From: the human T2T-CHM13v2.0 reference genome, Homo sapiens
Direction: 5' to 3' (one strand)
DNA length: 64,000 nt
Assembly: GCF_009914755.1 (NCBI RefSeq)
Contig: NC_060931.1
The notes below the pieces were generated by a model. It had not been told where the DNA came from. It saw nothing but the letters and a program-made list of their open reading frames with translations, and searched no databases. The position numbers were made by a program, and so were the translations under genes. Below are positions 22,131-35,654 of the stretch, in pieces; the stretch's first letter is position 1; each line of letters begins with the position of its first letter.

Positions 22131-25089
22131 TGGTTGGCGAGCTCCCTGTAAATAATCCCTGCGGTCCCCGGGAGAGGCGAGTTTACCCGCGGCCGCCCTC
22201 GAAAAGTCAAATTCAACGCAGGATCCGTCCCAAACGGAGCCGCCGCCGGCCCTACCAGGGCACTCCAGGCAGGGACCGGCCGCTCAGGGAGTACCGCGGG
22301 TGTAGGTCCCCACAGCTACCCGCCTGGAGCGAGGGGCGCCCGGGCAACCCTTAAATTCGCCTTTGCTACGAGGACCCCACGGAGGAGCTGGCCAGGAGGG
22401 AGCGGCCAGCCGCCACCAGGGCGAAGGGTTTGAGGGCCTGGTTGGTTGTGCGGCGCGCTCGGTCCCCGGCCCTCGACCCCACGCACACGCGCGCCCAGCC
22501 CGCCTTTCTCATCAGCTGGCAATCAGGATTCCCAGGCGCAGGCGGCTGGCGACCCAGCCCTGTGCTCCAGCCTCAGAGGCTCTAACCATGAGCGCTGCAA
22601 GCCTGGTTGCGCTCCGTGAATCCCAGCTGGGGAAAAAACTACAAGTGGCATGAATGGAAGGCAAGTTCGGTTTGGGAAAAGGCAGCCTCGCCTAAGAGAC
22701 CCCGCAGCTCCGGAACCTGGGAGGCCCGCACCGATGTGGCCTGTCCCGGGGCCGCGTGAGCCTTTCAGGGCTCCTTCCTCCCTTTCCAGCTGCTACTCCG
22801 GGCCTCGCCTTGGTTACCTACGGGGCCCGGAGACTCGGCGGAGACGTACAAGGCCCAAAGAGAGGCAGCCACAGCTCAAGGCCAGGGCTGGAAATTAGAA
22901 CGGGGAGGGGTAAAAGGGCATCGACTCCAGTCCCATTCCTGGGCCTGGCCACGTTGGGGAAGTTTATTTCTCACCCGTTGGGGGTAAATTAAAAGGTCGC
23001 CGCCACTCCGTTAATTGGAAGGAAACTCCCCCTGCCCCCAATTCCTAACAGAAAGCAGCGACTCCGAGAACAGGGGTAATCAAATTCACGTGTGGATACT
23101 GTGCCTGCAACAGTGTGTTTTTCATTAGCCCACTTCCCTGGCGGCGAGGCTGGCGGCCTCGGGCGCTTCCATCTCTCTCTCTCTCTTTTGCCTTCATCCT
23201 CACCAGCAGTTCCAGTAATCCCCCCCTCAAACACCCTGACACACTTCCGGCTGGGACTCCCAAATACCAGCGAGGCTGCCAAGCCGCGCGGATACCGACT
23301 GGGTGCCCCTTCCTGCACCCGCGCCTGGAAGAGGGAAGTGGCCGACACAATGAACTCCGAAATGGCCCCGTCCTGTCCGCCTCATCTCCCTCCCCCTAAT
23401 ATTTTCCTTGCCCCATAAATTCCTCTAGGTCATGCCCACCCCCACCACAGTCCACCGTGTCCTAAATACCCCGCAGTCCGCCAGGCCTCTGAGATTTTCA
23501 TTTAAAAAATTAACCCTGGAGGAAACCCTGGCTCCCAATTTTAAGTGTCTGCAAATGGGCTGGGCATGTCTGGATGCCTTTTCCACGTTTTATGCCTGAG
23601 AAGACACTGATTATTTCAGTATTTTTTAAGTAAAAAAGCTGTTCCTTTAAACAGCCTTAGCCCCAAAATAAGAGAGTTACTGAACAATTAGCAGGCGTTG
23701 AGTGTTAAGCAGATGTTACTGGTGCCTAGAAAGCGGAGAAAAATCAGAAAACCAAATATTGTCTTCCTTCAGCCCAAAGGTTTGGAGCCAGAATAGTCTG
23801 ACTTTTTTGTCTGCTTTTATTTTCGAAGTGAAAGAGATTGCGTATGCATAAAGAAATAATAAATGAGTATAATTTAAAACGGCCCCTTCTCGACTGAGAT
23901 TTCTGAAACTGTGATCTCTGAAATAAATCCAATGCCCTGGTCCAGAAAATGGCAGGGAGGAGTTGAAGGGAATGGGGTGTGTGGTCCTTTCAGACAGCAG
24001 GTCGGTGGCTGTGCAACGAAAGAGTTCCTGGGCCTCCAGTCCAGGCAGGGAAAGGAAACAGCTTTGTGGGCACGAATCTGTAACTGTGTGTGTTGGGAGT
24101 AGGGAGAGATAGTTTGTTTTCTGTTTTCTGTAGGGAAAATGGTCAGACTGGCTCCCATCTGTAGACTACAATTTGGAACGATGACTCAAGTTTATATCAA
24201 TGGCTCTGGAATTTGGGATTCTTTTTGCCCATTTAAAACATACTGGCTCTTGGAAGGGTCCCCTTCTCCAGCACCCAGCTGCACAAAGGTGCTGTATGGA
24301 ACATATTTTGTACCTAATGGAAGCCACTAGTAAGCAAGCAGTCAAGCTTTGCCCTAGCCAGTCTCCCTCAATGCGGTCAAACCCCAAGCTGTGACTGGCA
24401 GGCCGGGAAGAGCCAGCTAAGAGCTTCCCAGCGAATGGCCAGGCTCCAGCGAGGCTGGTTGGGCCTCAGCTCCAGTCCCCAGTGAGGCTGGCGAAGGCCT
24501 CCCTGCCCTCGATATGGGCACACAAAGCTGCAGCGAATGTCCCCTAATCAGATCTCCTAGTCAGCCGTTAGCGACAGGCGAAGAAACGCAAGGCTGCCGC
24601 CATCCGGTCGTGATCATAACCGAGGCCTTGTCTGCAGAGTAACACACCAGGCCCAAATCCACCGCCCTCGGCAGCCGCCCCACGCGGGCCCTTCCTCGGC
24701 AGACTTCCCAACCTCTACTTGAGCCGCAGAGGAAAGTGAGACCCCCTAGGCTCTCCTGAAGCCAGCTCTGGGCCCCTCCCCAAGGATGCTTTGGGAAGGA
24801 GATAAGGAGGTGAGATAGAATCTGGCAGAGACGGAAGATGAAAAAAAGACCAACGGAAGAAAAGAAAGCAGGAAGGAGCAAAGGAAAGAAGAAAAAAAGA
24901 AAGAAGAGATAAAAGAGGAAGGGAAGACAGGGAAAAGAAGGAAGAAAAGAGAGGCGACTCCTAGCAGCGGCCGAGCTTACAGAGAGAAGGGTAAGTGACA
25001 AGGCCAGGATCCCAGCCTGCCCTATCCTTCCTAGTCCAGCCTGAGTCTCCACTGGAAGGAGGTTCTTTCCTGAGCTCACACCCGGGACT

Positions 25090-25090
<1 letters not shown>

Positions 25091-25142
<52 letters not shown>
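25091..25142. repeat. (GT)26 microsatellite
   Basis: Perfect dinucleotide run. Confidence 0.97.
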
Positions 25143-25143
<1 letters not shown>

Positions 25144-25488
25144 CCAGCCTTACAAGAGAATGGCAGGAGGTCCCTGGGCAGGCGCAGGCCTCCAGTGGGA
25201 GGCTCAGGATGGAAGCGGGCGCCCCTGACCTTGAATGGCCCAAAGCCCAGAATTCCTACCACGCCCCCGGCGTCCGCGAAGGAGCAGCCAACCTAACCCT
25301 ACCTGCTGTGACCAGGTGGAGGTGTGTGGTGGAAGGGGAAAGCCGGCCGGCTGGCAAAGCGCTGCGGAGAAAGACACGAGGCTCCTGAGCAGGGAAAGCC
25401 GAGGTTGCCACCGCAGGCCTGGCACGACCAGGGCCGTGATGCCCCGCCCGGCCCGACCCCCGCGCGCAGAGGTACCTGGAGACGATTT

Positions 25489-25572
25489 CAACTGAAGTAA
25501 TGAAGGCAGTGTCGTGCTGTCGAGAGAAAGGTGGATCCCAACAACAGGAAACTACCTAAATCACCGACCAGT
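25489..25572 (-). ncRNA. MIR196B: microRNA precursor mir-196b (mature 5p at 25537-25558)
   Basis: Reverse complement contains UAGGUAGUUUCCUGUUGUUGGG in an 84-nt hairpin, at the canonical position between HOXA9 and HOXA10. Confidence 0.98.
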
Positions 25573-25600
25573 TCTGGTGCTGCCCGCGAAGGGCTGCCTC

Positions 25601-25640
25601 GCCCGCCGCCGCCGCCGCCTCCGCCGCTGCCGCCGCCGCC
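25601..25640. repeat. Interrupted (CCG)n tract upstream of MIR196B
   Basis: gcccgccgccgccgccgcctccgccgctgccgccgccgcc. Confidence 0.85.
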
Positions 25641-26627
25641 AAGGAGAGAACCCTGCCATCGCGCCTGGCCCGGCCCAGCCCAGCCCCTAGGCAACCTGCG
25701 CCCGCCAGTGCAACAGAGTGCCCCAGGCGGCCGCAAATGCGTCAAGGAAGGGGAAGCCACAGGCCCCAGTAAGGTATTCCTGGGAGGGAGAGGGAGGAAA
25801 AGAGAGGGAGGAAAGGCAGGGAGAGAGGAATAAAGGCGGGGAGCAGGCGAGACGAGAGCAGCTCCGAGAAGCAGTGTGCGCGCCGCTTTCCCAAATCTTG
25901 CAGCCCAGCGAGCCGGCGCCAAGAGGCGGTAGCCGTGGAAGGCTCGAAAGCGCCAGGGACGGTACAGATCCCGGCTCCCTGTCTGGCCCCGGCCTCCCGC
26001 CTCTCGCTCTCCCCCTCTCCCTCCTAGCTGCCCGCCCGCCGGGGCGCGCGCTCCTGCGCCCCCTCCCCTTAGCCCCCGCCCCCCCCACTCTGGCAAGCAG
26101 GAAACGCGTGGCCCTAAGGAGTGCCGCCAGGTGGGGGAGGCCGTACTGGGGGAGGGGGAGGCCCCCATGCAGTCCAGCCCGGGTCCACCTAACCGCTGCC
26201 TCCAGCGGCTAGAGATGCGCTGTGGGCCAGGCCTGCTCCCCGATTCAGATTGAGGGTCATCTGTGACCCAGACACCCGCAAAATAACCGGCCTCTGCAAG
26301 CCTCCCTGGGGCTCCCGAAAGAAATCCTGTTTGGCTTCCTCTGTCTATGTAGCTCCCCTCTCAACTGAAATCACTGGTCCAAGACAGCCACAATCCAGAT
26401 ATACTAGCAAGCCATAAAACTGAACAAAAGCCGACAAACCTTACGGCACCAGGGCTATAGGGCCCAGACAAATTACGACCGTCTAGGTAATATTTAAATA
26501 GATGCCTAAAGTAATTGCAGGGGCTCGGGTTAGTCCTCCTGTTGTAAAAGTGGTGAACGGGATAAAGTGGAAGGTGAAGATAAGAAGTCAAAAAAGAGGT
26601 AAAATTAAAAAGCTTCATTCCACAGCT

Positions 26628-26633
26628 TTTATT
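26628..26633 (-). terminator. HOXA10 polyadenylation signal AATAAA
   Basis: tttatt at the distal end of the AT-rich 3'UTR; a second copy at 26688-26693. Confidence 0.65.
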
Positions 26634-27907
26634 CTATAAGAACATAAACATCGTCTTTTTCCACGCACAGCAGCAATACAATATTAATTTATTCTGATTT
26701 AAGATTAGAAGTAAATAGAGCTAGAACTAACATTTATAATAACGATAGAATGCATTTGCTTAAAACAAGATTGGCAATTCTTCATAATAATAGACATTTA
26801 TACAGATTTGTATTTATAGTTTTTTTCTTTTTCTGCATCTACAGGTTTGACCCTTTTATGCATGTAACTTCACAGTATAAAGGAAATCCAAACAATGTCT
26901 CCCTTCTCTAGTTTATTCCGCTTACCCCAGTCCTCCTAGGCTTCTGTGAATTTCAGAAAGCAAAAACAAACAAAAAAAAAACTTTTTGTTCAAGGCGATT
27001 TAAAAAAACAACTTCACAAGATAGGGAGAATTGTGGTGTGCTTGTCACATGTTACCAGTGGTAACAATTTTAATGACAAAAAAATCCACTAATTCCAAAT
27101 GCATAAACAAAACTACATTATTTATCTACAGCCAGAAGGATATGGAAATTTAGAGGTAAATGAAACATTTTAGTCAGGCAATGTAAGACCTTACAGAAAC
27201 TGGAAGAGAAGTCCCCTTCTCTTGGTAATTCTTTTTTTTTCTTTTTAAAGCTGGGATATCTTACAGAGGAAGGAAAAATTAACCTTTTTTACTTTCTTTC
27301 TCACTTTTTAAATCAGCCAAAGTCAAGCCCGTTTGCCAACCTGCATGTCCATGCCTGTAAGCCCTTCTCTTGGCCAAGGAAGAAAGGAAGAAAGAAAAAA
27401 GAAACCCAGGGGCCTGTATCCCCTGATTAAACACAGCACAGCACTCCAGGCAGACATGCCCGGTGGCGGCTCCTTTGCACCATTGACCTCAGGCCAGACA
27501 CCTCAGCGCCAACAATGGGACCTCGGCCTTCCGGCTAGGTTTGCCCCAGGCTGGGCAGGAAACCAGCTCGGCCGAAGACAGGGGCCATTTCGAGCAGTGG
27601 GACCCCAAGACAGCAAACCCAGCCCAGTCAGGACTTGACACTTAGGACAATATCTATCTCTATAGAATTTTAGCATGATATGGCTTTTTCCCCCAGAAAA
27701 CAACAAATAAACCAGCACCAAGCAAACACAAAGAAACAAAAAGTCAGAACAAACCAGCCCTGCACAGATGTAACGGCCCAGGAGATGGCGAGTGTGGGAG
27801 GGAGGAACAGGGCTCCAGCACAGGTGCGAGTTCCTGGGCAGAGCCTGAAGACAGAGGGAGGGGACCAGCGCTCGGGAAGTGAAAAAACCGCGTCGCCTGG
27901 AGATTCA

Positions 27908-28182
27908 TCAGGAAAAATTAAAGTTGGCTGTGAGCTCCCGGATCCGGTTTTCTCGATTCATTTTCTTCAGTTTCATCCTGCGGTTCTGAAACCAGATTTT
28001 CACTTGTCTGTCCGTGAGGTGGACGCTGCGGCTAATCTCTAGGCGCCGCTCTCGAGTAAGGTACATATTGAACAGAAACTCCTTCTCCAGCTCCAGTGTC
28101 TGGTGCTTCGTGTAGGGGCAGCGCTTCTTCCGACCACTCTTTGCCGTGAGCCAGTTGGCTGCGTTTTCACCTTTGGAATTGC
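27908..28182 (-). CDS. HOXA10: Homeobox protein Hox-A10, coding exon 2
   Basis: Acceptor atgccag|GC at 28183/28182, ANWL + homeodomain, ends [12 protein letters not shown]. 275+958 = 1233 nt = 410 aa. Confidence 0.98.
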
Positions 28183-29357
28183 CTGGCATGTAAGAGAATA
28201 AAGAGGGGATGATTAAGTCGAGGCCACACGGGCTGCCCGCGGGGGTGAATTGCCTCCGTTTCTCCCATAAGAGAGATGTCCCAAGTCACAGAGAAGAGAG
28301 TCGTGCCCCCGTTTTTGGCTTGCTGAGAGCAAGCAGTTCCTCCAAAAGTCATGACAAAAATTGAGTGGGCCTTCAATCTACATGACCCTTCCAATTTACA
28401 TTTCCCCCACTTTTCCAAACACCTGTTTTAGCGCTAAGCCGTAGATGCTTGCAGAAGGAAAGGCCTGGGAGGGCAGGCTGTACATCTTGAACTTAACGCT
28501 TTTCTTTGCCTCTTGCCATATGGCAGACAAGCATTTCCTGTAGCCCCCAGGCTAGGAGCGCGGGGTGCTTACTTGGAAGATGGGCCAGGCAGCTTGGCTG
28601 TCTCACCCCAGGGCCCTGATTGCCCAAGACTCGATAAGGGGAGAAAGAAGGGCATCATTGGTCCAATGGGGAAGGCAGGAAAAACCGATTCGGGGGTCAA
28701 GGGCCCTCCCTCAAGTTTCTCCAGGAGCCAGGGATAGATAGCTGGGCGATTCCGAGGTCCAGGGGAAGGGAAATGGCCCTTCTCTGGCTCTCAGCTCAGG
28801 GCCCCCCGCTTCCAGGCCGGATTTGCCTTTTCTTCTTCCCGCAACGAAGATTCCCGCCCCTCAGCAACTTTGAAAAAAGCATGGGGGATCGTAAACTCGA
28901 ACTTCGCCGGTTAATGGGCTTATTTATTGGCGCTGGCGGCTGCTTATTTTGGATGCCTTACAAACATCCGCGCTATCTGCGGGCGAGCTACTTTCCCTCC
29001 CTCCCCCTCCCCCCGCGTGGGCCGCGCCGCGCAGGCTGGGCAGGGACCAGGGCTCTGGGTCCTCCCGGCCACAGGAAAGAGCGCACAGGAGGGGGCCTGC
29101 TCGCTGGTGTCCTCGTCCCTAGTCAGGGGGAGCTGAGGCCAGCGCCGAGGACGTCTTGCTGTGGGGCGCTAAGCCGGACATGAATTTTACTGCGTCCCCA
29201 CGCCCAAATATTAAAAAGCAAGTTCACAAGGTCAGCCTGCCTGCAGCTTGGGCCAAGGCCGGCCGGCTGCTGCGCGGGCTCCTAGTTTTCTGATCCTTCT
29301 CCTCCTTGTGTCTGCCTGTCTGCCCGCCTGACTGCAGCCCTCTGCAGCCCTGCTTAC

Positions 29358-30315
29358 CCAGGGAATCCTTCTCCGGCGAGGCTTTGCTGCTCTCGGAAGG
29401 GGCCGGGGAGAGCTCCTCCGCGGCCGAGGACGACGCGTGCGCCTCCTCGTCGCCCTGCGAGCCCCCGCCGCTGCCGCAAGCCAGCGTGGGGGGCGGCGGC
29501 GAATCGAGGGCTCGCTCCTTCCGGGCCGCATCGGCCGAGCCGGAGGCTAGCGCGGGCGGGAGATCGAAACCGCGCCCCGGGGGCTGCGCGGGGAACGGGC
29601 CAGCCCCGAGTTGCTGCGCGCCGCCGCCGCCGCTGCCATAGCCCTTGGCGGTGCCGTAGGCCTGAGAAAGGCGGAAGTAGCCAGGCACTGGCACCCCGCT
29701 GGAGGTGCCCAGGGCGCAGCCGTCGGGCGGCGGGCCCCGCGGGAAGGGAGCCAGTTCGGCGGCGGTGGCCGAGACTTTGGGGCATTTGTCCGCCGAGTCG
29801 TAGAGGCAGTAGGAGCTCTCTTCTTTGATGTTCTGCGCGAAAGAGCACGAGGTGGCCTGCGGCGCTGGCTGGGGTGGTTGCGGCGGGGGCGGCGGCTGCT
29901 GCTGGGGCGGCGGCGGCGGCCCGTCAGGCGGCTCCATCCGGCAAGACCGGGGCGCGTCTAGCCACAGGTCTATGGGCGAGGGCCCGTAGCCGTGCGCCCC
30001 GGGACCTAGACCCCCGCCACCGCCACCGCTGCCCGGCGACGCTGCCTCATTGCGCTTGCCGCCCAGCGTGGGGAAGAGCCCGCAGCTCTGCAGCCCGTAG
30101 GGCAGGTCGGCGGCGGGCGGCAGGTAGACCCCGCCGTGGGCGTAGTAACCGCCACCGCCGCCGCCCCCCGCGCCACCACCACCGCCGCCTGCCTCGCCTC
30201 TGCCCGAGCTGATGAGCGAGTCGACCAAAAAAGAGTTCGCGGCGGGGCTCTCCGAGCATGACATTGTTGTGGGATAATTTGGCGAAGGGAGCAGATAGCC
30301 CTTTCTGGCTGACAT
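29358..30315 (-). CDS. HOXA10: Homeobox protein Hox-A10, coding exon 1
   Basis: MSARKGYLL start, second in-frame ATG at 30264 (393 aa), SFLVDSLI motif, Gly and Pro tracts, donor CTGG|gtaagc at 29358/29357 (phase 1). Confidence 0.97.
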
Positions 30316-32796
30316 TTCTTGTGCAAAACATGCTGAATACGATTAGCAATCCCCCCGCACCGCGGCGGGCGCCCGCAGCCAATCCCGAGCCAGAGTTTCC
30401 GCGCGACCACTCCCAGTTTGGTTTCGTAGGCGCGGGGCCGCTCTCCGAGGGCGCCCTCAGAGCCCGCGATTGATATAAATATGTAATCTGTATTGATGGG
30501 CCAGGAGACGCACCCCGACACCTTGGCCCGAAGGCCGGGAGCTGTGGGGGCTGCCCCAACGTGGCTGGTGGGGGGCCTGGCCATTGGGCTCGCCCCGCCC
30601 CTACCCGGACGTGAGCCCCATACCGGGGTCCCTTAGAAGGGCCCTTGGGCCCCGCGCAGTTAACAAGTGGGGTGTTTATGGTGCGCGCCCAGTCTGCCTT
30701 GGGTGCTCACCATCCCTGTCGCAGAAGCTGCCACTAGTCCCCGGTGTACTCTAACCACTGAAGCGGCCGTGTCGGGGACTCACGCGCTTCCCATTCAGCT
30801 CTGGATCTGGAACTGGCCCCTTGTCTGAATTCTGCCTCCTCAAAAGTGGCGAACCTGGCCCTATGGCCGTCAGGATCCTCAGAGTGTCAGGAGCCCAGAG
30901 TGAACTAGAAGCTGACTTGCCTCTACTTCCAGTATCCACAGATTTTTCCCCAAAATGCAGTGGTTGTTCCCTAGCCCCTAACCCCCAACACTTTTCTCCC
31001 CTAGTCCGTTGATCCAGTTAGGATCTTCTCCTCTGGTGTTGTGCTCACCCGGCTTGCCTTCTCTACAACTCCTGTCAGTGGACTTTGGTGGGCTGGCGGG
31101 ACTGGGGGTGGGAAGCGGCTGCCAGCCTTGATGGAAAGACGGCCCCACTCCCACTCCCAAGGCCAGAGCCAGATCCAAGCATCCCCTCATCACCTAGGGA
31201 AGACTCTAAGCCCACAGTCATTTCGGGGAAGTAAAATGCTGGCCTTGGGGTCCTTGGCTGGCCCAAAGTGAGAGACTTGGAGGGGTGTGCCCGGTGTACA
31301 CCTCCGCTGCTTTATGTTCCTGCTCTCCTGTTAGCTTTGGCACTCATATGCTCCTGGAGGCTACAACAAGAACCAGTGTCACTACACTCCTACCTCTCTG
31401 TCCCCTCCCCTCTTCCCCTCCCTCCCATACTCTCAGCTAGGGCAGTCCTTGCTCCTGCAGTGTGTGCATTTTAACGAGGCCTCGGTGAGGAAATCCTTTC
31501 CCTGCAAGGCCGGGCTGGGCTCATGGTCCTGTTATAAGAGCATGTGGAGGTCAGGCCCTTTGCTCAGCAGGCTCAGGGGCTCTGTTTTAGCCAACTGGAA
31601 ATGGCCGGCCTGGGGTGCTAGCCCCCAAGTGTGAGCCTCATGCTAGTCTCAGGAAATGCAACCTTTTCCGGCCAGATCCAGTGGAGCCCGGGAGGTCGCT
31701 GCCTTGCCCCTGGCCCGTGGGCTACAGGTCTCCAGGATACTCTAGGCCTGCCCGCCCCTCCGGCCCCAGTCGGAGCTGGCATTACTGAACGCCGGCATCC
31801 CAGGAAATAGACCGCTCAGGCCGCTGCCTTCAGCTGGGAAAGACTCTTGCATCCGGGTCATACGCGGCACTTTGCCTCCTTCCTCCCAGTGTGAATCCAG
31901 CCCAAGGTGGAAGAGGAGCCTGAGAGGACCCTGAAAGCGCAGAGAGAGCTGGCTAGGTAGAGCTCCAGCTCTGGCTTCTGAGATTCAAGCAGCTGCGGTC
32001 GCTGCGGGCAGTGGCTGCTCCGAGCTCCGGGCCCAGAAGGCCGCTCCACCGCTAGCGCGGCGCTCCAGCCACTTCAACCTCGGCGCCCCACGGTGACCCG
32101 GCCGTAAGGACTGAGCATCAGGGTGCGGAGGAGGAGGATGGAGAGAAAAAGAGAGAGATAGAAGGAGAGACGGACAGAGGGAGAGAAAAGAGAGAGAAAC
32201 AGGAGGGGAGAGAGAATAAGAAAGCCAGTTCTCTCCAGCCTGACAGGGTCTTGAAGCTGCAGCAGCGGCTTTAGAGGGATCAAGACAGGGTCTGTGCCAA
32301 GAGATCATTAACTCTCCTTCGCTCTTCGCATGCTCCTGCGCCCAAGGCCAAGGCAAATTCTCTACCCTCTAGGCCCATGAGACGGACGAACCTGAGTGCA
32401 GAAAAGCTTCAGAGCACCGCAGCCAGTGGCCCTATCTTTAGCTTCCCGGATCTGCCTGGTCCTTACCCTGCTCACCAGAAGGGTGGAACTGGCTGGGACT
32501 GTTGCCCTTAGCAATGCCACCTGGAAATGCCACAGAGCTGGGGGCTGCCTAGGAAGGAAGCTTTGCTCTTCAGCACTGCCCATGCCTCTCAGAAAAGCTG
32601 TGTCATTTGGCAAGTGGGTCCCAAGACCTTCGAGGTTTCCTCAAGGATAATGAGCCGTGGCAGGTCAGTGGGCCAGGACCTGGGCCTAGAGTCATGCCTC
32701 TCCAGGCTAAATGCAGAAAGCAACTTCCCAGGCCGACATCTGGGAAGGTCCAGTATATATTTGAGATAGTGGAGGCTATACAAATAAAGTAAAAGA

Positions 32797-32946
32797 CAAT
32801 GATCTTAACCTATCTTTCCTAACCTTTTAGGGAGTCAGGACCCTTCTGGAAAATCCAAGTAAGTTTTGACTCATTCTGTGAAAAATGCATATCTGTATAT
32901 TCCCACAATTTGATCCATCATTTCGAAGGAGTTCACACACCCCTCA
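32797..32946. mobile_element. Ancient hAT-Charlie DNA transposon fossil (MER103C-like)
   Basis: Segment ...taaccttttagggagtcaggacccttctggaaaatcc...gaaaaatgcatat...aatttgatccatcatttcgaaggagttcacacacccc follows the recalled MER103C consensus blocks (aaccttttt-gggtcac-gacccctttgagaatc-gaaaaatgcacatac-aatttcagggggttcac) in order. Not checked by RepeatMasker. Confidence 0.5.
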
Positions 32947-35654
32947 GTCTTTTCCTTGGGTCTTCCAGAGTCCCCCAGTGTCCTGGGACTTGGGGGCCCT
33001 GCCAATTTGGCTGGCAAGACAAGCTGGGTGCCCTGCAGCAGACAGCTCAGGTCAGGGCCCCGTAGGGCAGCCAAATGGGCTTCTAGGCTGGATAGAATCC
33101 AGGGACCTGCACGTGCCAACCAAGGTTACAAAAGTCAGTTTGTATCGCATCTGCTACAAAAGGCTGCCCCAGCCGAAGAGTAGAGGAGCTGGGAGGCCTG
33201 CTATGGGCCTCGCAAGCCGTGGCGTTGGCACTTGGGTCTTCAGTGACCTTTCTGTGGTGAGCCAGATGTGTTTCTTTAGTATGACTTTTTCCCCCTTGTA
33301 ATAAACCAAACGGGATGTTGGGCTTGAGCTCCTTCTGGCTTTTAAAAAGAGTGTGTAAGCTCATGTATGGCAGCCCCTCTCTGGCCCAGGACTGCCTTCC
33401 AACTCCCACCAGGGCTTGCTGAGTGGGAAACGCAGCGAGACACTGCCGGTGAGCTGGCCGGCTGCAGGCGGGCCGGCTGCTGCTGGTTCAAATGAGAGGA
33501 TACTAACGCAGCAGAAGCTCAAGTTAAACGCCTCCTTGGCCCTCTCAGTTGGTCTCCTAGCCCCCAGCATCCCTGACCGACCCCCAAGGCTCCCATGCTC
33601 TCTAGACTTTAACACTGGAGTGTTAGGTTTCTCAATAAAATATTCCATTTATTGAGCGCCTCGGCTTTCCTGAGATTCCCCACCCCAAGAGATGAAGAAA
33701 GCGATTCAGTTGTAGTGTGGGTCGGCTTCCAAGCACTTTTCCTCCCTCGTGCTCATTTGCCTTCTTTCTTTTTTGCCATTCTTCCCAGCTACTAAATTTC
33801 TCCCTCTCCCTCAGGGTAACTTTGACCTAAATCTTCAGTGCCTGCTTGCCTCAACCAGGCCTTATGCAGCGGTTACACAGTCACCTCCAGAGCCCATGTT
33901 TTATTTAGGAGGAAATATTGCCCATTTCTACCCGGGTAATAACCTGCCAGCCCTATGGGGCCAAAGTAAACACCAGGCCCATGGATTAAGGCCTTCGGCA
34001 AGGATTAGGCTGCAGTTCACTAGGTACTCCTTCTGAGTAGGCCCTTGTAAGCAGTGAGAAATAAACTATTATGAAAAACAAGTTCCTAATGAAAAGATAC
34101 CAGGTCCTGAGATCGAAACTGCTAGTAAACAATTTGTATCTGGAGGGCACTCTCAATGCTTTCAAGACTCTGAATTATCCAGCGGTGGAGTTGGGCTGCA
34201 GTCCCACAGAGGAAAAATAAAGGCTGCTTTTACATATCTGGCTTTAGCAAAAAAAGAAAAAAAAATCAGAGCTTCTCATATCCATGCATTTATGCATAGT
34301 TAGAAAATTTTTCCACAAGCAATGATGTTCTTTTCCCATTCATCTTTAAGAATGTCAACATTTTCAGGGATATTTGATGTGTCTGTTTTGAATCTATCAG
34401 GTGCAATCTATTACTAAACAACATACTTTTAAAGTTTTCTAAATCCAACCATTAAGATGGCCCTTCCCCTGTTAGGGAAGTGTTGGGGCCTTTTCACACA
34501 CCCTTTGAATTGCAATATTCTTAGATTTGTTCATAATAAACAGCCTCTGGCCTTAGAACTGGAGGCGGCTCTGGCATTGTAGGGAGGGCTCCCGCTGCAG
34601 AGAGCAGCTCACTGGGTGAGCGCTCATTTCTTGCCTTGTTGCTTTGCTCCGTCATAGTTTGGGAGCCAGCCTTCAACAAAGACTAGTAACTATGATAGGC
34701 AAAATTTACGCAACAAACAGGCAGTGCCTACTTTCTCTGGGATTCACCCCACTCACCACGCACTGTATATTTGGGAAAAGAAAAAGATGTGGGAAACTAA
34801 TGGAAAAACAGTAGAAAAAATTAAATATAGGAGAAAGAGGGAATTTGAATCGATCCTCCAAAATGTAATGGAATTTTTTCATTTAAAATGTGTTTGATGA
34901 CAACCCCAATGGAGTGATTGCTCCGTCAAAATTTATCCTCGGTTCCAGCTTTTTAAAAAAGTATTAGTATTTACCAATACATTTTTGCATATTTGCAAAA
35001 TATCTTCTACAAAAGATCTAATTTTCATATGTAAGAAATTGCTGCGAAATTGCAGCTGGGTTTATAACAGCGTACTCCAAGTATGCAACACAGAGACTTG
35101 TCTGGCACTCTCAAAAATCACATGCGACTTCTCCGAATTGGCCTTTTTCGGAACAAAGGTTTTCTCCAAGCTGCCGGGCAGACATAGAGATGCACCTAGT
35201 AGGAAACCAGTGACCTCCAGGACTTCTGCCCCTGGGAATAAGCTCGCCTTAGCGGCCGCAGACTTCTACCACCCCATTGTTTAGAATGGAAACTTTGTTT
35301 TCCTCAACCCGCGATCACCTTTTTTTTTTTTTTTGCCCTCCCACAACCCCCTATCGCAGCACAGCTGGAACACTTTCGCCTAGATGCCTCTCATCCCTAG
35401 CCCATTCTATTCTGTGTATTTCTACAAAATCGAAAGATTCGCCTTGAGTGAAATGCTGGCGCAAGGAGCTAAAATCCTCAACTTTTCTACTTAGGCCTCC
35501 CCCTGCTTTCCAACCTTAGGGAGCAATGGGGTGGGGGCTCCCTACCGCGTCACCCCACAAACCCAGCCACGTTCCCGAGAGCCCTGCTTAGACATCGGCC
35601 ACCTCCCCACTCCCGCCCCACCAGACTGAAATTGCTAAACTTGTGGCCTCTTAC

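Larger units (their letters stand above)
24900..27920 (+). ncRNA. HOXA10-AS: HOXA10 antisense RNA (approximate extent)
   Basis: Known lncRNA antisense to MIR196B and the HOXA10 3'UTR. Strong plus-strand donor AGG|gtaagt at 24990/24991 after a purine-rich first exon. Other boundaries not verified. Confidence 0.5.
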
